Notes under the pieces: generated by a model
The model's database searches: none
Told to the model about the DNA's origin: nothing
The model's input: the letters and a program-made list of their open reading frames with translations, nothing else
IMG/VR virus record: IMGVR_UViG_3300047373_000743
Coordinates: 10,240 to 74,239 of that record
DNA length: 64,000 bases
Strand: one strand, 5' to 3'
From: a virus
Shown: positions 1 through 9,760 of the stretch, one piece after another
Position numbering within the stretch: position 1 is the first letter of the stretch
How the letters are laid out: each line of letters opens with the position of its first letter
Made by a program: the position numbers and the translations under genes

Positions 1-951
1 TATGAAAACTCTTTTGCCAACGGAAAGTACTCATTTATAGTCAGAACATCGGTTTTTATTGAGTCTGGTATGATGAATGAAAACTTTAGGGGGTGGGGGT
101 TTCAAGACTTAGACTTTGTTGAAAATAGGTTGGTAAGTTGTAAAATATCTAACATAGATACACCTGCATTTCATTTGTGGCACGAACCCGCCTCACGGAA
201 ATATGTAAATGAAAATAAACTTATATACGGAAATTTCACAGAACCCAAACACACCACCACAAATACTCACCCGATAAAAAAACAAGTTTATCAACAACCG
301 TGCCCTGTGGACGATACCAGTGTGGTTCGGAACACAACAAACATTAAACAAGATATACATAAACATGAACATATAAATCACATTCATGTTACATATGAAA
401 ATTCTACTTTTTTTGATAAACACAAACCACACCTTAGTACTATTATAAAAGCAAGTGTAACAAAAAAACAGACAAGAACACTCACAGGAACACTAGACGT
501 CAAAATAATCAAGAAAAACTTTATATATTACTATCTGAAGTTCATAGTAGACAACTACCAAAGGTTAAATGGAATTATATGTTTCTCTAACGATTATTTT
601 TGTAATAATGAAACTTTATTTAACCTAAATAATCAGTTGTTGATAGAAGACTCTTTTAAATCTGACAATAAGATGACACAGAACTTTGAGTGGGTGACCA
701 AAACTACTAGAGAAAACTCAAAATCGTTCAAACCCACGCACAAGATTAAATTTATTTCAAAATCTATATCGGATGGTGGGGTGGGTGTATATTCAAAACT
801 TGGGATTTTTAAAATAAAGTCCGACTTAATAAAAAAGACCTCGGTGTCGCACTACAAAAAGATACTCGATAGCACAAGTGATTGGTCATCCAGAGAATAC
901 GAGTGGTTCTTAATCAACTTACAGAAAATATTCTTGACAGAATTCAAGTAA
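1..951 (+). CDS. Glycosyltransferase (GT2/GT7-C-like) with C-terminal extension; 5'-truncated by the window edge
   Basis: The frame is open from base 1 (YENSFANGKYSFIVRTSVFIESGMMNENFRGWGFQDLDF). GxxNExFxGWGxxDxDF followed by FHLWH matches the galactosyltransferase C-terminal motif. Confidence 0.7.
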   Translation, partial: YENSFANGKYSFIVRTSVFIESGMMNENFRGWGFQDLDFVENRLVSCKISNIDTPAFHLWHEPASRKYVNENKLIYGNFTEPKHTTTNTHPIKKQVYQQPCPVDDTSVVRNTTNIKQDIHKHEHINHIHVTYENSTFFDKHKPHLSTIIKASVTKKQTRTLTGTLDVKIIKKNFIYYYLKFIVDNYQRLNGIICFSNDYFCNNETLFNLNNQLLIEDSFKSDNKMTQNFEWVTKTTRENSKSFKPTHKIKFISKSISDGGVGVYSKLGIFKIKSDLIKKTSVSHYKKILDSTSDWSSREYEWFLINLQKIFLTEFK

Positions 952-962
952 AAATATAATAT
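934..962 (+). promoter_or_regulatory. Sigma70-type promoter
   Basis: TTGACA at 934-939; TATAAT at 955-960 or TAATAT at 957-962 (17-nt spacer); ATG at 969. Confidence 0.6.
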
Positions 963-968
963 ATCTGT

Positions 969-1637
969 ATGAATAAATATACAGAAACCCAATTAGAAGA
1001 AAACTACACATCATTCTTAAAATTCATAGAAGATACATTTTCCGGTGAACGACAAGAACGATTGTTGTATATGTATGGAACTGACGATGGGTGTCTTGGG
1101 TTGAGAGCATTAACAGCACCTGCAAGTGGCACTATACATTATCATAATTGTTATGATGGTGGTTACATTGATCATGTAATGAATGTTTGTAAGGCAGCCA
1201 GAGGTCAAAAAGTTTTGATGCAAAGCATGGGTGCGAGAATAGATTTTACAGACGATGAATTATTATTTTCTGCTCTTAACCACGACTTAGGAAAACTTGG
1301 TTCACTTGAAGGTGAGCAATATCAACCAAATGATAGTGAATGGCATGTCAAAAACCAAGGCAAAGTCTATAAAATGAATACAGATTTACACTGGATGGGT
1401 GTAACTGATCGTTCTTTATTTTTACTACAACACTTTGACATAAAATATAATCAAAAAGAATGTTTGGCAATTAAATTATCAGACGGAATGTACGATGACG
1501 CTAACATTGATTATCTAAAATCATTCAATCCAGGCAACGGTCTTAAAACAGAACTACCGAGGGTAATTCATTGGGCAGACCATATGTCATGTGTGGTGGA
1601 AAAATCACTCACCGAAGAAAACTTCAAGTTTGATTGA
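969..1637 (+). CDS. HD-domain phosphohydrolase (YhaM-like)
   Basis: APAS..YH..YDGGYIDH, LNHDLGK and HWADH motifs. Confidence 0.8.
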   Translation: MNKYTETQLEENYTSFLKFIEDTFSGERQERLLYMYGTDDGCLGLRALTAPASGTIHYHNCYDGGYIDHVMNVCKAARGQKVLMQSMGARIDFTDDELLFSALNHDLGKLGSLEGEQYQPNDSEWHVKNQGKVYKMNTDLHWMGVTDRSLFLLQHFDIKYNQKECLAIKLSDGMYDDANIDYLKSFNPGNGLKTELPRVIHWADHMSCVVEKSLTEENFKFD

Positions 1638-1657
1638 TAAGTTTTCGATTCAGTGTT

Positions 1658-1665
1658 ATATTTAT
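1658..1665 (+). promoter_or_regulatory. ATATTTAT putative late promoter box
   Basis: Recurrent intergenic motif; here upstream of the hsp20 leader. Confidence 0.6.
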
Positions 1666-1669
1666 ATTA

Positions 1670-1720
1670 TGAGCAATGCTCAAACGAGATTGCTCAACGG
1701 ATGCCCAATCTGGGGTTCGT
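1670..1720 (+). promoter_or_regulatory. Two tandem hairpins in the hsp20 5' leader
   Basis: TGAGCAAT-G-CTC-AAAC-GAG-ATTGCTCA (1670-1696) and ACGGATGCCCA-ATC-TGGGGTTCGT (1697-1720, with G-U pairs). Confidence 0.5.
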
Positions 1721-1742
1721 AACTCAAATAGGAATAAATAAA

Positions 1743-2240
1743 ATGAAAAACTACGGATTAAATAAGTCCAATGGAACAGGACTTGGTAAACACGTTCCAA
1801 ATTTAAGAGACGAATTTTTAACCCCATTCGACTCTATTTTTGACAAGATGGTCAATCAAGCATTTCCAAACTTCGGACAGGAATTCGGAGTAAACTTTTT
1901 TGGAAATAGTTCATACCCGAGAGTAAATGTTGCAGACACAAGCAAAGAAGTTAGAATCGAGGCAGAAATCGCAGGTCTTGGAAAAGAAGATGTATCTGTT
2001 GAATATGAAGATGGTATGCTTACGATTGCTGGTGACAAGAAAGTGGAAATTGAAGACCCAGACGTAAAGTATGTTTACAAAGAACTCAAGCGGTCTTCTT
2101 TTAAAAGATCATTTAAAGTTGATGACTCAACTTTAAATGTAAACAAGATTTCCGCAAAGTTTGACAACGGAATTCTAAATGTTACTATTCCAAAAAAAGA
2201 AGTAATTGAAACAAAAGCAAAAAAGGTAAAAATTCTTTAA
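1743..2240 (+). CDS. hsp20: Small heat-shock protein Hsp20 (alpha-crystallin domain)
   Basis: YPRVNV..IEAEIAGLGKEDVSV..LTIAG..SFKRSF..AKFDNGILNVTIPK. Start set at ATG 1743 after AGGA. Confidence 0.93.
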   Translation: MKNYGLNKSNGTGLGKHVPNLRDEFLTPFDSIFDKMVNQAFPNFGQEFGVNFFGNSSYPRVNVADTSKEVRIEAEIAGLGKEDVSVEYEDGMLTIAGDKKVEIEDPDVKYVYKELKRSSFKRSFKVDDSTLNVNKISAKFDNGILNVTIPKKEVIETKAKKVKIL

Positions 2241-2264
2241 ATTAAATTTCAAAAACTTGAAATT

Positions 2265-2294
2265 AAAAGGGGTAAAAAATTTTACCCCTTTTTT
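2265..2294 (+). terminator. Intrinsic terminator
   Basis: AAAAGGGGTAAAA / TTTTACCCCTTTT inverted repeat with a T tail. Confidence 0.85.
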
Positions 2295-2302
2295 ATATTT
2301 AT
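2295..2302 (+). promoter_or_regulatory. ATATTTAT putative late promoter box
   Basis: 4 nt before ATG 2307. Confidence 0.6.
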
Positions 2303-2306
2303 CAAT

Positions 2307-3065
2307 ATGAAAGAAAAAATTGCGTGTGCTTTATTCGGCCAACCAAGGCATCATTATAAAGGATTTAAAAATATTTCAAATTCATTTAACGATAGCAAAT
2401 GGGATGTAGATTTTTTTTGCCATAGTTATCAAGCAGATAAAACAGAAAAGTTCTATAAAGCATCACCGTGGAGACCAAAGGCAGGTTTGTCCACAACCAT
2501 CGAAAATACGAAATTGGAATTAAGTAAATTATACAACCCCACGCAGATTCAAATCGATCCAACTTATGTCCATAGCAACAATTCAATAAAAGACTCACTT
2601 ATTTATAATATTACAAAGCAAACACGACCGGATTTATATGATAATATAGGGAACACTTGGTCTCAAATAAATTCTCGTTCACGTGTGTGTAAACTTGTAT
2701 CGGAAAGTAAGAACAAATATAAACTTGTGGTTATGACAAGATATGACCACAGACGATCATTTACTAAAATTTTAAATACAGATTTAGACGTAAACTACAT
2801 ATACTCTGGACCTAGAAAAGATGAAAAAGCACCACTGATTTCTGATCACCTACTTATTACTGGTTTTGAAAATTTTGTAAAAATATTTGATGTAAATAAT
2901 AATTTGGAAAATATTAAAAATAATAAAAAGTTATACGAACTTTCAACGGAATTGAATACTCCATTTTTATTTAATGTAGAACAACTTATTTTACTAAATA
3001 TAATGTATCATTTCGGAAACCTAGACATTTTAAAATATAACAAAGATATTCCTGGAATACTGTAG
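2307..3065 (+). CDS. Putative glycosyltransferase-like / sugar-modifying protein
   Basis: N-terminal KIACALFGQPR, DFFCHSY and VVMTRYD resemble the 'KIALCLSGQPR...RxD' family common in phage glycosylation islands. Confidence 0.5.
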   Translation: MKEKIACALFGQPRHHYKGFKNISNSFNDSKWDVDFFCHSYQADKTEKFYKASPWRPKAGLSTTIENTKLELSKLYNPTQIQIDPTYVHSNNSIKDSLIYNITKQTRPDLYDNIGNTWSQINSRSRVCKLVSESKNKYKLVVMTRYDHRRSFTKILNTDLDVNYIYSGPRKDEKAPLISDHLLITGFENFVKIFDVNNNLENIKNNKKLYELSTELNTPFLFNVEQLILLNIMYHFGNLDILKYNKDIPGIL

Positions 3066-3099
3066 TAATAAAAAAAGAGAAATTTTTTATAATTATATT

Positions 3100-3107
3100 A
3101 TATTTAT
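3100..3107 (+). promoter_or_regulatory. ATATTTAT putative late promoter box
   Basis: Intergenic, upstream of the AAGGAG SD and ATG 3156. Confidence 0.6.
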
Positions 3108-3155
3108 ACATATAAGATTGTGGACGAATATTAGACGAAGGAGATATGTATTAAT

Positions 3156-4250
3156 ATGAATATTTTCACTGCCATTATAGGTGGGCTTGCACTTGCGGTG
3201 GCAGGAACAGCTGCTTTCTTTTCTGTTCGTGGTATAGGTCTTTTATTTGCAGGAGCAGCCATTGCAGCTATGGTAATGGCCGGTGTTTTAGAAGCAGGTA
3301 AACTTGCTATGACTTCTTTTTTATATCGTTATTGGGAAAGAATTCCAAGAATGCTTAAGTGGTATTGCACAATTGCAGTTGTTGTTTTGATAGGAATAAC
3401 CTCACTTGGTATTTATGGATTTTTAAGTGATGCTTATGATGATACTCGTTCTCGGGTGGAAATGCACGAAAGTAATATTGAAACACTAAACAAAGAAATA
3501 GATGTTATTGAGACGGAGATAGCAACACTACAAAACACAGATGTTACGGTTGAAGGAAAGAAAACAGAAACAATAGCAGGTTTTCAAAAAATTTATGACG
3601 ATTTTGTGGCAGATGGAAGAAAAAGACAAGAAGCACTTGCTAATAGAAACAAAACAGATACAGACGCAAGAACTACACGCAGACAACAATTACTTGATCG
3701 TCTTTCTGTATTAGATTCCGCAAAAACTGCCATTGAAGCAAAGGGTGGTGGATTATTTTCAAGCAGTAAAAAGAAACTCGAAGAATTAAAAGTAGCACAA
3801 CAACCAGAACGAGATTCTATCGCATCTTCATTATCATCTATTTCAGAAGAAGAAACATCCGCAACAAAACGATACAACGAATCACTTGCAAAAATAGATG
3901 AACAGATTACAGCAGAATATGATAAATTTGTGGAAAAGGTAAATGGTCTTCGTGATACAACAAATGATTTAGACAACGTATCAGTCATTGAAGACAAATA
4001 CACCAAGATAAAATCAAACCAATCAGAGATACTAAAAGAAAAAGAAGGAATTCGTGCAACTGATATAGGAAGTTTTCGTTTCATTGCAGAGTCTTTTGGT
4101 ATGCCAGTTGATCAGGTTGTCAAGTGGTTTATTATCGTTATTGTTTTAGTTTTTGACCCTGTTGCAGTCGCACTTGTGCTTGCTTACAATATTATGGTAG
4201 GTGGAAGAATGACTCTTGGAGAAGAGTTACCGAAAAAAAAAATTGGATAG
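3156..4250 (+). CDS. Membrane protein: 3 N-terminal TM helices, long coiled coil, C-terminal TM
   Basis: Hydrophobic residues about 1-90 and 325-348, heptad-rich middle, SD AAGGAG; ends at an A10 run. Confidence 0.8.
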   Translation: MNIFTAIIGGLALAVAGTAAFFSVRGIGLLFAGAAIAAMVMAGVLEAGKLAMTSFLYRYWERIPRMLKWYCTIAVVVLIGITSLGIYGFLSDAYDDTRSRVEMHESNIETLNKEIDVIETEIATLQNTDVTVEGKKTETIAGFQKIYDDFVADGRKRQEALANRNKTDTDARTTRRQQLLDRLSVLDSAKTAIEAKGGGLFSSSKKKLEELKVAQQPERDSIASSLSSISEEETSATKRYNESLAKIDEQITAEYDKFVEKVNGLRDTTNDLDNVSVIEDKYTKIKSNQSEILKEKEGIRATDIGSFRFIAESFGMPVDQVVKWFIIVIVLVFDPVAVALVLAYNIMVGGRMTLGEELPKKKIG

Positions 4251-4864
4251 ATAATTTACCATTTGCTGATAAGTTACAAAAAGAGGGTGACTTTGAAGAA
4301 GATGAAGTTGTTGTTTTATTAGAAACACCTACTCCTACTCCCGAGGAAACTCCAACACCTACTCCCGAGGAAACTCCTACTCCAACACCTACTCCCGAGG
4401 AAACTCCTACTCCAACACCTACTCCCGAGGAAACTCCTACTCCGACTCCTACTCCCGAGGAAACTCCTACTCCGACTCCTACTCCGACTCCTACTCCCGA
4501 GGAAACTCCTACACCTACTCCCGAGGAAACTCCTACTCCAACACCTACTCCCGAGGAAACTCCAACTCCTACTCCGACTCCTACTCCCGAGGAAACTCCT
4601 ACTCCGACTCCTACTCCCGAGGAAACTCCGACCACACACTCAGATGCAATTATCAAAAAAGAAGATGATAATGTGATGTCAACTCCGATGTATGATGTAA
4701 CTGACGACACAACCCCACCCGAAAATATGGGCCCATATTATGTTCCGTGGAAAAAAAGCACAATGGATTATTATAACAAAATTAAAAACACACAAGTAAA
4801 CAGTGGGTATCTAAGTGGCAGTACACTTGGTAATGTAGGTTTAAATAACGAAAAAAATAATTGA
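4241..4864 (+). CDS. -1 frame extension of the membrane protein (Pro/Thr/Glu-rich tail)
   Basis: The -1 frame is open from the A10 run (4233-4242): [36 protein letters not shown]... to the stop at 4864. There is no start codon before the repeat. Confidence 0.7.
   Translation, partial: NWIDNLPFADKLQKEGDFEEDEVVVLLETPTPTPEETPTPTPEETPTPTPTPEETPTPTPTPEETPTPTPTPEETPTPTPTPTPTPEETPTPTPEETPTPTPTPEETPTPTPTPTPEETPTPTPTPEETPTTHSDAIIKKEDDNVMSTPMYDVTDDTTPPENMGPYYVPWKKSTMDYYNKIKNTQVNSGYLSGSTLGNVGLNNEKNN
4325..4635 (+). repeat. Coding tandem repeat (TP)nEE, 10 copies of ACTCCCGAGGAAACTCC
   Basis: Direct repeats of variable unit length, each a multiple of 6 nt. Confidence 0.95.
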
Positions 4865-4890
4865 CTTATTTAATTATCCTGTTTTACTAT
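4861..4890 (+). promoter_or_regulatory. Sigma70-type promoter
   Basis: TTGACT-18 nt-TACTAT; ATG at 4895; would drive the sigma-factor operon. Confidence 0.55.
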
Positions 4891-4894
4891 AAGT

Positions 4895-5149
4895 ATGTAT
4901 TTTATATATTGGACAATAATATCTGTACCAATCTTCCTGATTTTGGTGTATGCAATTTTAAATTTGTATAGAAAAATTAAAGTATATGAAGGTTGGATAC
5001 TTGAGATAAAAAAAGATACAGATAAACTTCAAGAGAGCATAACAGAGGTTGATTCAAAGAATATGTTTGAGCGTGATGATGAAGTTGGTGTGGTGTTTGA
5101 ACAAATAAAAGGACTGGTTGGTTCGTTTAACAAAAAGGTACAAAATTAG
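4895..5149 (+). CDS. Small membrane-anchored protein
   Basis: N-terminal TM helix followed by a short coiled coil. Confidence 0.7.
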   Translation: MYFIYWTIISVPIFLILVYAILNLYRKIKVYEGWILEIKKDTDKLQESITEVDSKNMFERDDEVGVVFEQIKGLVGSFNKKVQN

Positions 5150-5862
5150 TGAAAAAAAGAAGAGCAAAAAAGAAAAAAAATATGTATTTTACTCAAGAAA
5201 CAGAAGATGCAATAATTGAGTATAATAAAGAAGAAGATGATATGGTTATCAGAAACAGGATTTATGAAGATAAAATTAAGTATGCATTTGAAAAACTCGC
5301 AGAGAACATTTTAAACACATTTAAGTTTTCTTATTTTGAGTGTAGTCACGAAGAAGTTCAAATGGAAGTGGTTAGTAATTTGGTTTCTAATATGCACAAA
5401 TTTAAAGAAGGTAAAGGCAAGGCATTTTCATATTTTAGCATAATTGCTAAAAACTTTTTGATTCTTTATAATAATGGAAATTATAAAAAGTTTAAACGAC
5501 ACACCAGTGTCGATGATGAAGAGGTCGTATTCGAACATAAAGAACTTACATATTTTCCAGCAGAAACTGCAAGAAAAAATGAACTACGTGAATTTATGAA
5601 ATTGATGGTTGAATACTGGGACGGCCGTGTAGATACAATGTTTAAAAGAAAACCAGAGAGAGATATTGCGGCCGCAGTTATAGAAGTATTTAGACGATCA
5701 GATAACATTGAAAATTTCAATAAAAAAGCTTTATATTTGTATATACGTGAAATGACCAATTGTAAAACTCAAGCAATTACTAAAGTCATTGGCAAAATGA
5801 AAAAAACCCAAACTGATATCTACAGAGAGTATAAAGAAACGGGTGCGATAGCAACAGAATAA
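5149..5862 (+). CDS. gp55: Phage sigma factor for late transcription (T4 gp55-like)
   Basis: YFT..TEDAIIEYN, KLAENI and HKFKEGKGKAFSYFSIIAKN resemble sigma region 2 of gp55-type factors. Confidence 0.65.
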   Translation: MKKRRAKKKKNMYFTQETEDAIIEYNKEEDDMVIRNRIYEDKIKYAFEKLAENILNTFKFSYFECSHEEVQMEVVSNLVSNMHKFKEGKGKAFSYFSIIAKNFLILYNNGNYKKFKRHTSVDDEEVVFEHKELTYFPAETARKNELREFMKLMVEYWDGRVDTMFKRKPERDIAAAVIEVFRRSDNIENFNKKALYLYIREMTNCKTQAITKVIGKMKKTQTDIYREYKETGAIATE

Positions 5863-5877
5863 AAACTATGTATATGT

Positions 5878-5885
5878 ATATTTAT
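5878..5885 (+). promoter_or_regulatory. ATATTTAT putative late promoter box
   Basis: 5 nt before ATG 5891. Confidence 0.6.
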
Positions 5886-5890
5886 AATTT

Positions 5891-6307
5891 ATGGAAAATG
5901 ACACAGAAATATTTGACGGAAAAACATTTTCTTCATTGATAAAGGATATATACTTCAACTCTTCCCATAAAAAAGATCAGATAAATCAGCTAATAAAGGA
6001 CCTACATAAAATGGTCAAGGATTCGGGTAGTGCAACAGTAATAGCACCCATGATAAAAGACTATCTGGATGTGGGTATAAAAAACGATGATCAACTGGTA
6101 AAGTTGTCTGCGGTTTTACAAAGATTTATTTCAGGAGGCCCTGCATCCGAAACTGACTCCGGTGTGGGTGGTATTTTAAGTGAAGATGAGAAAAAACAGC
6201 TGTTATCTAATGTTAAAAAAGAAATTAAAACAATAAAGGGTGAAGAGGATGAGATTAATTTAAATTTAACTAAAATAAAAGATAAGTTTACATCAGATGG
6301 CCCATAG
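5891..6307 (+). CDS. Hypothetical helical protein
   Basis: Clean ORF behind a late box; overlaps the next gene. Confidence 0.7.
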   Translation: MENDTEIFDGKTFSSLIKDIYFNSSHKKDQINQLIKDLHKMVKDSGSATVIAPMIKDYLDVGIKNDDQLVKLSAVLQRFISGGPASETDSGVGGILSEDEKKQLLSNVKKEIKTIKGEEDEINLNLTKIKDKFTSDGP

Positions 6308-9300
6308 TAAATACTATAAACAATCCAATAAACGTGAGATAGAGGTATCGACACTGATGACTCAGCGTCAGATATACAACAAATCACCCGAAGGAATATT
6401 GTTTTATGAATTGGAACCGGCAATTGTTATAGATGTTATACGAGATGAAACCCATCCAATTTTTAAGGATAAAAAAAATTACCCAAAGGTAAGCACGGAA
6501 GAGTGGCCAACAAACTACAACGACTCTGATACACCCGATTACTCGTGGATAGGTAGGATTCGTGCCAGATTGATTATTGAACAAGAAACCACACCGGTTG
6601 ATGAACTGGGGTGGATAATACCCCAGGAAAACACTATACGAGAATATCCACTTGTAAACGAGTTGGTCATCGTATCTACCTATATGAATTCTCGTTATTA
6701 TACACGGAGACTTAATACTAGAAACTTTATAAATACTTCCGCTGATTATAGGTATGAACATAGATACGGAAAAACAAAAGGAATAACATCAACTACTAGT
6801 GCTAATTTAGTTGGGGCCAGAAATCCGTCTGATATAAGCAAAGAATCAAATAAGTATGGTCAGTATTTGGGTAGGTATTTTAAGGCAAATCATAAAATAA
6901 GACCACTTAAACATTTTGAGGGTGATACAATAATTGAAAGTAGGTTTGGTAGTAGTATACGGTTCGGTGGATATGAAGATAAACCCGAAATTGACAGAGG
7001 TACATCATATGGAGATGGAGAATCATATGATTCAAATTTAGGAAATCCTATGATACTAATACGGAACCGCCAGAGACCTACGGTAGACGAAGAAATAAAG
7101 TACCAATACAACATATTAGAAGATGTAAACAGAGACGGTAGTTCAGTTCAAATAACTTCTGGAAACACCGTCTCTCAATTTATTTCTACAATCTCACATT
7201 CATATGACAATATAGGATATGGTTGCATAGGGTGCCGTTCGGGAGGTTTTATGGGATTGTATAGGCTCTCTAAATCTGCCATCGGCGCAAGGAAAATTTC
7301 TAGTACAGGACAACCAAATTCGGTGGGTTCACTGAATGGAGTTGCAACACCCAATGCATCGGCAATAAAAAATACAGCATCAGCAACTACTGATCAATTA
7401 AAAACATCTACATCCGATGTGTTGGATCAGGTGTCTAGTAAGAACCCATATACAAGTATGGCCATGTCTTTAAAAAAAGGAGGTCTGGGAGCTGCAGTGG
7501 GGACAGGCATCGGAATGGCAGTTGCCGGACCAATTGGTGGTATGGTGGGTGACCGACTTGGTAAGCTCGGAGAATCGTCCTTTAAAAAGTTTATAAATGC
7601 ACCAGGTTCTCCGACATCAAACTCTAGATCACATAGAAAAAAGTTTTCAAAAAGTATAGTAAGTGGAAACTTTTCACTAAACCCTGTATATGAACGGGGG
7701 ATTATAAGTGCAGGAACTAAGGCCAAATCCGCTGCGAAAAATAGTTTACTTGGTTCATCAGCAGGTAATGCCATCTCGGCCGCAAATTCATTAGGAATTG
7801 AGATCCCAGCGGTCAACGATCTTGGAATTTCATCTGATGACAGTCCCATGTTTGCAATATTTAAATTAGCTTCATTTGGTCTAAAATCCATTTGTGCAAG
7901 TGTTGACGGAACAAGTGGTTCATCTAAGACAGAAAATAAACTCGGTTGGTTGCTTTCAATTGGAATTGATTTGACATTACTTGCTTTGTTAATGAGTTTG
8001 TTTGAAAAACTAAGAAATTTAAAATTTAATTTTGGTGGATTTGATGGGTTTAACTTAGATAACCTATTGTTTGACCTATGTGACTGGGTAAACAAACTTG
8101 AATACAAAAACACATTGGTAGATACTTTTAGAAATGAGGGTAACAAACTTCTCACCGACGCAGAATTAACAAAACAACTAGGGGATACTTTCATACAAGA
8201 CGGAACATATAATTCATTTGCAAGAAATAACACAGACTTTGACATGAACTATAAATCATTAGTTGGAGATTTAAGTGAGATACAGGACTCTGCAAAAAAC
8301 TTTGGCCAAACTAACATAGGATTGACTAAGGATGATAAGAGCATAGCTCAGGTTAAATTCGATCCACTAACTGGGTTGTTTCGAGAGAAACAAAAAACAG
8401 GTGAACCACAACCAACCCCTGTGGGTGGAACAATGGCCAATTTGTCTATAGGGGGTCCTGGTGTGTCTATCAATGACATTAAAAACTCAACAACAGGGTC
8501 ATTTAGCATAGACAAAGCAAACACACCCACACGGGGTTCATCAACCACACCTCCCACGCAGAATATACCCCAACACTTATACACCACCCCAGCTGAAAAA
8601 AATAATTTAACTAAGTTGTTGAGTCGTGAACTAACTCCTGTTCCAGATCAGGCCACAGAAACAACTTCTTTTCTATCTGGTGAGAAAATAACAAGAGAGT
8701 CGTTACGTGGAACCGTACTGGAAAACGCAGATTTAAATGCAGTATCACTACTTGATAAAGAAGACTTAGATACTTTAAAAAATACAGATGAAGTTGATGC
8801 AGCTGTAGCAAACGCGACCAACTTATATAAAGAAGAGTTTTCCAGAGAACTTGAAAAAACGGAAAAACGTATTCTAAAAAAAAGTGATTCTGGAGCCATC
8901 TTTGGAAAACAACTACCTGAGTTAACAGGGAATCAGATATTGTTAAACTCAGAGCGCATACTAATTTCATCAAAAACACAGGAAACAGGAATTTTTTCTA
9001 AAAAAAAGTTCTTTGTGACAACAGATGACGAAATAACAATGGACGCGAAAAGTCGTATTGTACTACGCAGTGATGCTCACATATCATTTGCCACTCCAAG
9101 TATTCATCTGGGGAGTTATACATCAGAGTGCCACCCGACATTGAAGGGTGATTGCACAACTGCTTGGTTAAGTGACCTATGTGGTTGGTTGTCTTCTCAC
9201 GTACACCACGACCCATATATAACAACATCAAGACCAGCCCAACAGGGTCAACTTGCAAGTTTACGTGCAAGATTGCCTACATTATTAAGTGAACGGATAT

Positions 9301-9314
9301 TTATATCTGGATAA
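6297..9314 (+). CDS. Baseplate hub/central spike (gp5/gpV-like) with a large hydrophobic insertion
   Basis: OB-fold-like N-terminus (VIDVI..GRIRARL..YPLVNELV); EGDTIIESRFGSSIRFG; beta-repeat C-terminus (QILLNSERILISSK) and an HVHH tip; lies upstream of gp25/gp6. Confidence 0.65.
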   Translation: MAHSKYYKQSNKREIEVSTLMTQRQIYNKSPEGILFYELEPAIVIDVIRDETHPIFKDKKNYPKVSTEEWPTNYNDSDTPDYSWIGRIRARLIIEQETTPVDELGWIIPQENTIREYPLVNELVIVSTYMNSRYYTRRLNTRNFINTSADYRYEHRYGKTKGITSTTSANLVGARNPSDISKESNKYGQYLGRYFKANHKIRPLKHFEGDTIIESRFGSSIRFGGYEDKPEIDRGTSYGDGESYDSNLGNPMILIRNRQRPTVDEEIKYQYNILEDVNRDGSSVQITSGNTVSQFISTISHSYDNIGYGCIGCRSGGFMGLYRLSKSAIGARKISSTGQPNSVGSLNGVATPNASAIKNTASATTDQLKTSTSDVLDQVSSKNPYTSMAMSLKKGGLGAAVGTGIGMAVAGPIGGMVGDRLGKLGESSFKKFINAPGSPTSNSRSHRKKFSKSIVSGNFSLNPVYERGIISAGTKAKSAAKNSLLGSSAGNAISAANSLGIEIPAVNDLGISSDDSPMFAIFKLASFGLKSICASVDGTSGSSKTENKLGWLLSIGIDLTLLALLMSLFEKLRNLKFNFGGFDGFNLDNLLFDLCDWVNKLEYKNTLVDTFRNEGNKLLTDAELTKQLGDTFIQDGTYNSFARNNTDFDMNYKSLVGDLSEIQDSAKNFGQTNIGLTKDDKSIAQVKFDPLTGLFREKQKTGEPQPTPVGGTMANLSIGGPGVSINDIKNSTTGSFSIDKANTPTRGSSTTPPTQNIPQHLYTTPAEKNNLTKLLSRELTPVPDQATETTSFLSGEKITRESLRGTVLENADLNAVSLLDKEDLDTLKNTDEVDAAVANATNLYKEEFSRELEKTEKRILKKSDSGAIFGKQLPELTGNQILLNSERILISSKTQETGIFSKKKFFVTTDDEITMDAKSRIVLRSDAHISFATPSIHLGSYTSECHPTLKGDCTTAWLSDLCGWLSSHVHHDPYITTSRPAQQGQLASLRARLPTLLSERIFISG

Positions 9315-9319
9315 GTTAT

Positions 9320-9333
9320 ATATTTATATTTAT
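9320..9333 (+). promoter_or_regulatory. Tandem ATATTTAT putative late boxes
   Basis: Overlapping copies at 9320 and 9326; ATG 9341. Confidence 0.6.
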
Positions 9334-9340
9334 TAAAGTT

Positions 9341-9760
9341 ATGAAAAAATCAGAATTAGTTGAAATAATAAGAGTTGCAGTTCGCAAGGAACTGAAGAGT
9401 ACTATACCGGTTATGTTAAAAGAATATATTGGCTCTGCTGGTGTTTTAAATCCAACCGAAGACATTGTTGAGGTTGCTAGAAACAAAATAAGTGTATCTA
9501 GAAAAAAACAACCAAAAAAACCACAAAAACACTATACGAATAACCTCGCTATAAATAAAATTTTAAATGAAACCGTAGGAGGTATCCCACAAGAGGGTAA
9601 TATGGTAAGTGGTGGACCACAACAAGTTAATGAATTTACGGATCATACGGGCAATGGGGTTGATATCAACAAGCTACCCGATCATGTTTCAAATGCGCTA
9701 ACACGAGATTATTCAGATGTAATGAAGTTGGTAGACGCAAAACGGGGTGGGGGTTCTTGA
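9341..9760 (+). CDS. Hypothetical virion-associated protein
   Basis: N-terminal MKKSELVEIIRVAVRKEL helix; ILNE site. Confidence 0.7.
   Translation: MKKSELVEIIRVAVRKELKSTIPVMLKEYIGSAGVLNPTEDIVEVARNKISVSRKKQPKKPQKHYTNNLAINKILNETVGGIPQEGNMVSGGPQQVNEFTDHTGNGVDINKLPDHVSNALTRDYSDVMKLVDAKRGGGS

Noticed and set aside
1670-1696. CIRCE (HrcA) operator upstream of hsp20
   Set aside because: The inverted repeat does not match TTAGCACTC-N9-GAGTGCTAA.
4325-4635. CRISPR-like array
   Set aside because: The intervening sequences are short, near-identical and codon-phased, not unique spacers; no cas genes are present.
4192-4710. Minus-strand GV/SRSR repeat ORFs (4192-4710, 4319-4639)
   Set aside because: These are antisense shadows of the + strand (TP)nEE repeat, with no expression signals.
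5891-6307. Small terminase subunit
   Set aside because: Size and helicity fit, but there is no recognisable motif and it is far from the large subunit; left as hypothetical.
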